Source: the human T2T-CHM13v2.0 reference genome, Homo sapiens
NCBI RefSeq assembly: GCF_009914755.1
Contig: NC_060930.1
Length of the DNA stretch: 64,000 bases
Direction: 5' to 3' (one strand)
Shown here: piece after piece, positions 1-9,700 of the stretch
Layout of the letters: each line of letters starts with the position of its first letter
How positions within the stretch are numbered: position 1 is the stretch's first letter
Translations under genes and position numbers: made by a program
The notes under the pieces: generated by a model
The model's input: the letters and a program-made list of their open reading frames with translations, nothing else
Told to the model about the DNA's origin: nothing
The model's database searches: none

Positions 1-99
1 TGCGTTCAACTCACAGAGTGTAACGTTTCTTTTGATAGAGCGTTTCTGAAACACCCTTCTTGTAGTAGCTGCAAGTGGATATTTGGACCTATTGGAGGC

Positions 100-116
100 C
101 TTCTTTGGAAACGGGA
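100..116 (+). promoter_or_regulatory. Degenerate CENP-B box fixed in all copies (a second one is at ~950)
   Basis: CTTCTTTGGAAACGGGA lacks the first CpG. The site at 950-966 reads ATTCTTTGGAAAAGGGA. Confidence 0.85.
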
Positions 117-609
117 TTTCTTCATGTAACTCTAGATTGAAGAATTCTCAGAAACTCCTGTGTGATGTGTGCATTCAATTCAAAGAGTGAAACCTCCCTT
201 TTCACAGAGCAGTTTTGAAACACTGTTTTTGTAGGATTTCCAAGGGGATATTTATAGCGCATTGAGCCTACGGCAGAAAAAGAAACACCTTCCTATGAAA
301 ACTAGACAGAATAATTCTCAGAATCTGCTTTGCGATGTGTGCGTTCAACTCACAGAGTAAAACTTTTCTTTTGATAGAGCAGTTTTGAAACACTCTTTTT
401 GTAGTATTTGCATGGGTATATTTAGAGCGCGTTGAAGCCCACAGTAGAAAAGGAAATAACTTCACCTAAAACCTAGACAGAAGCAATCTCAGAAACTTCT
501 TTGTGATGTGTACATTCAACTCACTGAGTGGAACTTTCCTCTTTATAGAGCAGTGTTGAAACACTCTTTTTGTAGAAACTGCAAGTGGATATGTGGACCT
601 CTTTGTGGC

Positions 610-626
610 CCTCGTTGGAAACGGGA
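610..626 (+). promoter_or_regulatory. CENP-B box with core substitution (broken in copies 1-12, core intact in copies 13-21)
   Basis: CCTCGTTGGAAACGGGA here (TTCG>CTCG), versus TTTCGTTGGAAACGGGA at 37304-37320. Confidence 0.85.
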
Positions 627-1120
627 CTTCTTCCTGTAACCCTAGACAGAAGAATTTTCAGAAACCTCATTGTGATGTGTGCGTTCATCTCACAGAGTGG
701 AGTCTTCCGTTTGATAGAGAAGTTTTGAAACCCTGTTCTTGTAGGATTTCCAAGTGGATATTTAGACCACTTTGAAGCCTATGATAGAAAAGGAAACATC
801 TTCATGGAAAACATAGACAGAATCATTCTCAGAAACACCTTTGTGATGTGTGCGTTGAACTCACCATCTTTAACCTTTCTTTTGGTAGAGAAGTTTTGAA
901 ACACTCTCTTTGTAAAGTCTACAAGTGGATATTTTGAGCCCTTGGAGGCATTCTTTGGAAAAGGGAATGTCTTCACATAAAAGGCAGACAGAAGTGTTCT
1001 CAGAAACTGCTTTGTGATGTCTGTGTTCAACTCACAGAGTTTAACATTTCCTTTGATAGAGCAGTTTAGTAACACTCTCTTTGTAGAATTTGGAAGTGTA
1101 TATTAAGAGCGCTTTGAGGC

Positions 1121-1137
1121 CTATGGTAGAAAAGGAA
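1121..1137 (+). other. pJalpha-like (A-box) motif of an A-type monomer (representative)
   Basis: CTATGGTAGAAAAGGAA sits at the position homologous to the CENP-B box in alternate monomers. Confidence 0.75.
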
Positions 1138-1291
1138 ATATCTTTCCATAAAAGCTAGAGAGAAGCAATCTCAGAAACTCCTTTGTGATGTGTGCATTCA
1201 ACTCACCGAGTGGAACATTCCTCTTGATAGAGCAGTTTGGAAACGCTCTTTCTGTAGAATCAGCTTGTTTGTATTTGGACCTCCTTGAGGC

Positions 1292-1308
1292 CTTCGTTGG
1301 AAACGGGT
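1292..1308 (+). promoter_or_regulatory. CENP-B box, core intact (representative; recurs in each HOR copy)
   Basis: CTTCGTTGGAAACGGGT matches the core NTTCGNNNNANNCGGGN. Confidence 0.93.
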
Positions 1309-1633
1309 TTTCATCTTATAAACCCAGACAGAAGAATTCTCAGAGTCTTCTTTGTGAGGTGTGCTTTCAACTCACCAAGATTAAAAGATTTCTCTTGATA
1401 GAGCAATTTGGAAACACTCTTTTTGTAGAATTTGCAAGGGTACATTGAGAGCGCTTTAAGGCCTATGGTAGAAAAGGAAATATCTTTCCATAAAAGGTAG
1501 ACAGAAGCAATCTCAGAAACTACTTTGTGATGTGTGCATTCAACTCACCGAGTGCAACATTCCTCTTGATAGAGCAGTTTGGAAACATTGTTTCTGTAGA
1601 ATCTGCAAGTGGATATTTGGACCTCTTTGAGGC

Positions 1634-1650
1634 CTTCGTTGGAAACGGGA
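1634..1650 (+). promoter_or_regulatory. CENP-B box, canonical
   Basis: CTTCGTTGGAAACGGGA, exact match. Confidence 0.97.
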
Positions 1651-1973
1651 TTTCTTCCTATAAACCCAGACAGAAGAATTCTCAGAGACTTCTTTGTGAT
1701 GTGTGAATTCAACTCACAGTGTGGATCCTTCCTTTCGATAGAGCGGTTTTGAAACACTGTTTTTGTAGTATTTCCAAGCGGATATTTGGAACGCCTTGAA
1801 GCGTATGGTAGAAAAGGAAATATCTTCCCATAAAACCTAGACAGAACCAATCTCAGAAACGACTTTGTGATGTCTGCATTCAACTCACAGAGTTGAACAT
1901 TTCTCTTGATAGAGCAGTTTTGAAACCCTCTTTCTGAAGGATCTGCAAGTGGATATTTGGAACTCCTTTGGGT

Positions 1974-1990
1974 CTTCGTAGGAAACGGGA
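1974..1990 (+). promoter_or_regulatory. CENP-B box, core intact with non-core variant
   Basis: CTTCGTAGGAAACGGGA; the T>A change is at a non-essential position. Confidence 0.88.
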
Positions 1991-2310
1991 TTTCTTCGTA
2001 TAAATCTAGACAGAAGAATTCTCCGAAACTTCTTTGGTTGTGTGCATTCAAGTCACAGAGTGGAACCTTCCTTTGGGTAGAGCAGTTTGAAACGCTGTGG
2101 TTGTAGTATTTCCAAGCGGATATTAGAGCGCCTTGAAGCCTATGGTAGAAAAGGAAATATCTTCCCATAAAACCTAGACGGAAGCAATCTCAGAAACTAC
2201 TGTGTGATGGCTGCATTCCACACACACGGTGGAACATTTCTCTTGATAGAGCAGTTTTGAAACACCCTTTCTGTAGAATCTGCAAGTGGATAATTGGACC
2301 GCCTTGAGGC

Positions 2311-2327
2311 CTTCGTTGGAAACGGGA
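2311..2327 (+). promoter_or_regulatory. CENP-B box, canonical
   Basis: CTTCGTTGGAAACGGGA, exact match. Confidence 0.97.
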
Positions 2328-2479
2328 TTTCTTCATGTTACTCTAGAGAGAAGAATTCTCAAACACTACTATGTGATGTTTGCATTCAAGTCACAGAGTG
2401 CAACATTCCTCTTGACAGAGCAGTTGGGAAACACTCCTTTTGTAGAATTTGCAGTGGGATATTTGGACTTCTTTGAGGC

Positions 2480-2496
2480 CTTCGTTGGAAACGGGA
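2480..2496 (+). promoter_or_regulatory. CENP-B box, canonical, in the monomer adjacent to the 2311 box
   Basis: CTTCGTTGGAAACGGGA, 169 bp after the previous box. Confidence 0.97.
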
Positions 2497-2819
2497 TTTC
2501 TTCGTATAAATCTAGACAGAAGAATTCTCAGAAACTTCTTTGTGATGTGTGCATTCAACTCAGCGAGTGGCACCTTCCTTTCGATACAGCAGTTTTGAAA
2601 CACTGTTTTTGTAGTATTTCCAAGCGGATATTTAGAGCGCCTTGAAGCCTACACTAGAAATGGAAATATCTCCCCATAAAGCCAAGACAGAAGCAATCTC
2701 AGAAACTAATGTGTGATGGCTGCATTCCACACACACGGTGGACCATTTCTCTTGATAGAGCAGTTTTGAAACACTCTTTCTGTAGAATCTGCAAGTGGAT
2801 AATTGGACCTCCTAGAGGC

Positions 2820-2836
2820 CTTCGTTGGAGACGGGA
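2820..2836 (+). promoter_or_regulatory. CENP-B box, core intact with non-core variant
   Basis: CTTCGTTGGAGACGGGA; the core positions are retained. Confidence 0.85.
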
Positions 2837-3763
2837 TTTCTTTATCTAAACCTACAGAGAAGAATTCTCAGTAACTTCTTCGGATGTGTGCATTCGACTC
2901 ACAGAGTGGAACATTCCCTTTGATAGAGCAGTTTTGAGACACCGTTTTTGTAGAATTCCCAAGTGGATCTTTAGAGCACTTTGAAGTCTCTGCTAGAAAA
3001 GGAAACATCTTCATGTAAAAAGTAGATAGAATCGTTCTCAGAAAGTGCTTAGTGACGTGTGCGTTCAACTCACAGAGCGTAACGTTTCTTTTGATAGAGC
3101 GTTTCTGAAACACCCTTCTTGTAGTAGCTGCAAGTGGATATTTGGACCTCTTGGAGGCCTTCTTTGGAAACGGGATTTCTTCATGTAACTCTTGATTGAA
3201 GAATTCTCAGAAACTCCTTTGTGATGTGTGCATTCAATTCAAAGAGTGAAACCTCCCTTTTCACAGAGCAGTTTTGAAACACTGTTTTTGTAGGATTTCC
3301 AAGGGGATATTTATAGCGCATTGAGCCTACGGCAGAAAAAGAAACACCTTCCTATAAAAACTAGACAGAATAATTCTCAGAATCTGCTTTGCGATGTGTG
3401 CGTTCAACTCACAGAGTAAAACTTTTCTTTTGATAGAGCAGTTTTGAAACACTCTTTTTGTAGTATTTGCATGTGTATATTTCGAACGCATTGAAGCCCA
3501 CAGTAGAAAAGGAAATAACTTCACCTAAAACCTAGACAGAAGCAATCTCAGAAACTACTTTGTGATGTGTACATTCAACTCACAGAGTGGAACTTTCCTC
3601 TTTGTAGAGCAGTGTTGAAACACTCTTTTTGTAGAAACTGCAAGTGGATATGTGGACCTCTTTGAGGCCCTCGTTGGAAACGGGATTTCTTCCTATAACC
3701 CTAGACAGAAGAATTTTCAGAAACCTCATTGTGATGTGTGCGTTCATCTCACAGAGTGGAGTC

Positions 3764-6700
3764 TTCCGTTTGATAGAGAAGTTTTGAAACCCTGTTCTTG
3801 TAGGATTTCCAAGTGGATATTTAGACCACTTTGAAGCCTATGATAGAAAAGGAAACATCTTCATGGAAAACATAGACAGAATCATTCTCAGAAAGAACTT
3901 TGTGATGTGTGCGTTGAACTCACTGTCTTTAACCTTTCTTTTGGTAGAGAAGTCTTGAAACACTCTCTTTGTAAAGTCTACAAGTGGATATTTTGAGCCC
4001 TTGGAGGCATTCTTTGGAAAAGGGAATGTCTTCACGTAAAAGGCAGACAGAAGTGTTCTCAGAAAGTGCTTTGTGATGTCTGTGTTCAACTCACAGAGTT
4101 TAACATTTCCTTTGATAGAGCAGTTTAGCAAAACTCTCTTTGTAGAATTTGGAAGTGTATAGTAAGAGCGCTTTGAGGCCTATGGTAGAAAAGGAAATAT
4201 CTTTCCATAAAAGCTAGACAGAAGCAATCTCAGAAACTCCTTTGTGATGTCTGCATTCAACTCACCGAGTGGAGCATTCCTCTTGATAGAGCAGTTTGGA
4301 AACACTCTTTCTGTAGAATCAGCTTGTTTGTATTTGGACCTCCTTGAGGCCTTCGTTGGAAACGGGTTTTCATCTTATAAACCCAGACAGAAGAATTCTC
4401 TGAGTCTTCTTTGTGATGTGTGCTTTCAACTCACCGAGATAAAGATTTCTCTTGATAGAGCAATTTGGAAACACTCTTTTTGTAGAATTTGCAAGGGTAC
4501 ATTGAGAGCGCTTTCAGGCCTATGGTAGAAAAGGGAATATCTTTCCATAAAAGGTAGACAGAAGCAATCTCAGAAACTACTTTGTGATGTGTGCATTCAA
4601 CTCACCGAGTGCAACATTCCTCTTGATAGAGCAGTTTGGAAACATTGTTTCTGTAGAATCTGCAAGTGGATATTTGGACCTCTTTGAGGCCTTCGTTGGA
4701 AACGGGATTTCTTCCTATAAACCCAGACAGAAGAATTCTCAGAGACTTCTTTGTGATGTGTGAATTCAACTCACAGTGTGGATCCTTCCTTTTGATAGAG
4801 CAGTTTTGAAACACTGTTTTTGTAGTATTTCCAAGCGTATATTTGGAACGCCTTGAAGCGTGTGGTAGAAAAGGAAATATCTTCCCATAAAACCTAGACA
4901 GAACCAATCTCAGAAACGACTTTGTGATGTCTGCATTCAACTCACAGAGTTGAACATTTCTCTTGATAGAGCAGTTTTGAAACCCTCTTTCTGAAGGATC
5001 TGCAAGTGGATATTTGGAACTCCTTTGGGTCTTCGTTGGAAACGGGATTTCTCCGTATAAATCTAGACAGAAGAATTCTCCGAAACTTCTTTGGTTGTGT
5101 GCATTCAAGTCACAGAGTGGAACCTTCTTTTGGGTAGAGCAGTTTGAAACGCTGTGGTTGTAGTATTTCCAAGCGGATATTTGAGCGCCTTGAGGCCTAT
5201 GGTAGAAAAGGAAATGTCTTCCCATAAAACCTAGACGGAAGCAATCTCAGAAACTACTGTGTGATGGCTGCATTCCACACACACGGTGGAACATTACTCT
5301 TGATAGAGCAGTTTTGAAACACTCTTTCTGTAGAATCTGCAAGTGGATAATTGGACCGCCTTGAGGCCTTAGTTGGAAACGGGATTTCTTCATGTTACTC
5401 TAGATAGAAGAATTCTCAAACACTGCTATGTGATGTTTGCATTCAAGTCACAGAGTGCAACATTCCTCTTGACAGAGCAGTTGGGAAACACTCCTTTTGT
5501 AGAATTTGCAATGGGATATTTGGACTTCTTTGAGGCCTTCGTTGGAAACGGGATTTCTTCGTATAAATCTAGACAGAAGAATTCTCAGAAACTTGTTTGT
5601 GATGTGTGCATTCAACTCAGCGAGTGGCACCTTCCTTTGGAGACAGCAGTTTTGAAACACTGTTTTTGAGGTATTTCCAAGCGGATATTTAGAGCGCCTT
5701 GAAGCCTACGCTAGAAATGGAAATATCTCCCCATAAAACCAAGACAGAAGCAATCTCAGAAACTAATGTGTGATGGCTGCATTCCACACACACGGTGGAC
5801 CATTTCTCTTGATAGAGCAGTTTTGAAACACTCTTTCTGTAGAATCTGCAAGTGGATAATTGGACCTCCGAGAGGCCTTCGTTGGAGACCGGATTTCTTC
5901 ATCTAAACCTACAGAGAAGAATTCTCAGTAACTTCTTCGGATGTGTGCATTCGACTCACAGAGTGGAACATTCCCTTCGATAGAGCAGTTTTGAGACACC
6001 GTTTTAGTAGAATTCCCAAGTGGATATTTAGAGCACTTTGAAGTCTCTGCTAGAAAAGGAAACATCTTCATGTAAAAAGTAGATAGAATCGTTCTCAGAA
6101 AGTGCTTAGTGACGTGTGCTTTCAACTCACAGAGTGTAACGTTTCCTTTGATAGAGCGTCTCTGAAACACCCTTCTTGTAGTAGCTGCAAGTGGATATTT
6201 GGACCTGTTGGAGGCCTTCTTTGGAAACGGGATTTCTTCATGTAACTCTAGATTGAAGAATTCTCAGAAACTCCTGTGTGATGTGTGCATTCAATTCAAA
6301 GAGTGAAACCTCCCTTTTCACAGAGCAGTTTTGAAACACTGTTTTTGTAGGATTTCCAAGGGGATATTTATAGCGCATTGAGCCTACGGCAGAAAAAGAA
6401 AAACCTTCCTATGAAAACTAGACAGAATAATTCTCAGAATCTGCTTTGCGATGTGTGCGTTCAACTCACAGAGTAAAACTTTTCTTTTGATAGAGCAGTT
6501 TTGAAACACTCTTTTTGTAGTATTTGCATGGGTATATTTAGAGCGCGTTGAAGCCCACAGTAGAAAAGGAAATAACTTCACCTAAAACCTAGACAGAAGC
6601 AATCTCAGAAACTTCTTTGTGATGTGTACATTCAACTCACAGAGTGGAACTTTCCTCTTTATAGAGCAGTGTTGAAACACTCTTTTTGTAGAAACTGCAA

Positions 6701-9700
6701 GTGGATATGTGGACCTCTTTGAGGCCCTCGTTGGGAACCGGATTTCTTCCTATAACCCTAGACAGAAGAATTTTCAGAAACCTCATTGTGATGTGTGCGT
6801 TCATCTCACAGAGTGGAGTCTTCCGTTTGATAGAGAAGTTTTGAAACCCTGTTCTTGTAGGATTTCCAAGTGGATATTTAGATCACTTTGAAGCCTATGA
6901 TAGGAAAGGAAACATCTTCATGGAAAACATAGACAGAATCATTCTCAGAAAGAACTTTGTGATGTGTGCGTTGAACTCACCGTCTTTAACCTTTCTTTTG
7001 GTAGAGAAGTCTTGAAACACTCTCTTTGTAAAGTCTACAAGTGGATATTTTGAGCCCTTGGAGGCATTCTTTGGAAAAGGGAATGTCTTCACGTAAAAGG
7101 CAGACAGAAGTGTTCTCAGAAAGTGCTTTGTGATGTCTGTGTTCAACTCACAGAGTTTAACATTTCCTTTGATAGAGCAGTTTAGCAAAACTCTCTTTGT
7201 AGAATTTGGAAGTGTATAGTAAGAGCGCTTTGAGGCCTATGGTAGAAAAGGAAATATCTTTCCATAAAAGCTAGACAGAAGCAATCTCAGAAACTCCTTT
7301 GTGATGTCTGCATTCAACTCACCGAGTGGAGCATTCCTCTTGATAGAGCAGTTTGGAAACACTCTTTCTGTAGAATCAGCTTGTTTGTATTTGGACCTCC
7401 TTGAGGCCTTCGTTGGAAACGGGTTTTCATCTTATAAACCCAGACAGAAGAATTCTCTGAGTCTTCTTTGTGATGTGTGCTTTCAACTCACCGAGATAAA
7501 GATTTCTCTTGATAGAGCAATTTGGAAACACTCTTTTTGTAGAATTTGCAAGGGTACATTGAGAGCGCTTTCAGGCCTATGGTAGAAAAGGGAATATCTT
7601 TCCATAAAAGGTAGACAGAAGCAATCTCAGAAACTACTTTGTGATGTGTGCATTCAACTCACCGAGTGCAACATTCCTCTTGATAGAGCAGTTTGGAAAC
7701 ATTGTTTCTGTAGAATCTGCAAGTGGATATTTGGACCTCTTTGAGGCCTTCGTTGGAAACGGGATTTCTTCCTATAAACCCAGACAGAAGAATTCTCAGA
7801 GACTTCTTTGTGATGTGTGAATTCAACTCACAGTGTGGATCCTTCCTTTTGATAGAGCAGTTTTGAAACACTGTTTTTGTAGTATTTCCAAGCGGATATT
7901 TGGAACGCCTTGAAGCGTATGGTAGAAAAGGAAATATCTTCCCATAAAACCTAGACAGAACCAATCTCAGAAACGACTTTGTGATGTCTGCATTCAACTC
8001 ACAGAGTTGAACATTTCTCTTGATAGAGCAGTTTTGAAACCCTCTTTCTGAAGGATCTGCAAGTGGATATTTGGAACTCCTTTGGGTCTTCGTTGGAAAC
8101 GGGATTTCTCCGTATAAATCTAGACAGAAGAATTCTCCGAAACTTCTTTGGTTGTGTGCATTCAAGTCACAGAGTGGAACCTTCTTTTGGGTAGAGCAGT
8201 TTGAAACGCTGTGGTTGTAGTATTTCCAAGCGGATATTTGAGCGCCTTGAGGCCTATGGTAGAAAAGGAAATGTCTTCCCATAAAACCTAGACGGAAGCA
8301 ATCTCAGAAACTACTGTGTGATGGCTGCATTCCACACACACGGTGGAACATTTCTCTTGATAGAGCAGTTTTGAAACACTCTTTCTGTAGAATCTGCAAG
8401 TGGATAATTGGACCGCCTTGAGGCCTTAGTTGGAAACGGGATTTCTTCATGTTACTCTAGATAGAAGAATTCTCAAACACTGCTATGTGATGTTTGCATT
8501 CAAGTCACAGAGTGCAACATTCCTCTTGACAGAGCAGTTGGGAAACACTCCTTTTGTAGAATTTGCAATGGGATATTTGGACTTCTTTGAGGCCTTCGTT
8601 GGAAACGGGATTTCTTCGTATAAATCTAGACAGAAGAATTCTCAGAAACTTGTTTGTGATGTGTGCATTCAACTCAGCGAGTGGCACCTTCCTTTGGAGA
8701 CAGCAGTTTTGAAACACTGTTTTTGAGGTATTTCCAAGCGGATATTTAGAGCGCCTTGAAGCCTACGCTAGAAATGGAAATATCTCCCCATAAAACCAAG
8801 ACAGAAGCAATCTCAGAAACTAATGTGTGATGGCTGCATTCCACACACACGGTGGACCATTTCTCTTGATAGAGCAGTTTTGAAACACTCTTTCTGTAGA
8901 ATCTGCAAGTGGATAATTGGACCTCCTAGAGGCCTTCGTTGGAGACCGGATTTCTTCATCTAAACCTACAGAGAAGAATTCTCAGTAACTTCTTCGGATG
9001 TGTGCATTCGACTCACAGAGTGGAACATTCCCTTCGATAGAGCAGTTTTGAGACACCGTTTTTGTAGAATTCCCAAGTGGATATTTAGAGCACTTTGAAG
9101 TCTCTGCTAGAAAAGGAAACATCTTCATGTAAAAAGTAGATAGAATCGTTCTCAGAAAGTGCTTAGTGACGTGTGCTTTCAACTCACAGAGTGTAACGTT
9201 TCCTTTGATAGAGCGTCTCTGAAACACCCTTCTTGTAGTAGCTGCAAGTGGATATTTGGACCTATTGGAGGCCTTCTTTGGAAACGGGATTTCTTCATGT
9301 AACTCTAGATTGAAGAATTCTCAGAAACTCCTGTGTGATGTGTGCATTCAATTCAAAGAGTGAAACCTCCCTTTTCACAGAGCAGTTTTGAAACACTGTT
9401 TTTGTAGGATTTCCAAGGGGATATTTATAGCGCATTGAGCCTACGGCAGAAAAAGAAACACCTTCCTATAAAAACTAGACAGAATAATTCTCAGAATCTG
9501 CTTTGCGATGTGTGCGTTCAAGTCACTGAGTAAAACTTTTCTTTTGATAGAGCAGTTTTGAAACACTCTTTTTGTAGTATTTGCATGTGTATATTTAGAG
9601 CGCATTGAAGCCCACAGTAGAAAAGGAAACAACTTCACCTAAAACCTAGACAGAAGCAATCCCAGAAACTACTTTGTGATGTGTACATTCAACTCGCAGA

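Larger units (their letters stand above)
1..3059 (+). repeat. HOR copy 1 (haplotype 'A', 3059 bp); monomer order B*-A-A-B-A-B*-A-B-A-B-A-B-A-B-B-A-B-A (B* = degenerate CENP-B box)
   Basis: TGCGTTCAACTCACAGAG at 1 recurs at 3060. B-type box regions are at 100, 610, 950, 1292, 1634, 1974, 2311, 2480 and 2820. A-type box regions are near 270, 440, 780, 1121, 1463, 1803, 2141, 2650 and 2990. Confidence 0.93.

Noticed and set aside
141-148. Short palindromes such as AGAATTCT as hairpin or terminator signals
   Set aside because: These are ordinary alphoid EcoRI-site palindromes, too short to support a structural or regulatory claim without folding calculations.
2218-2227. (CA)n microsatellite-like run CCACACACAC
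   Set aside because: It is only about four units long and invariant in length across copies. It is a monomer-specific variant of CAACTCACAG.
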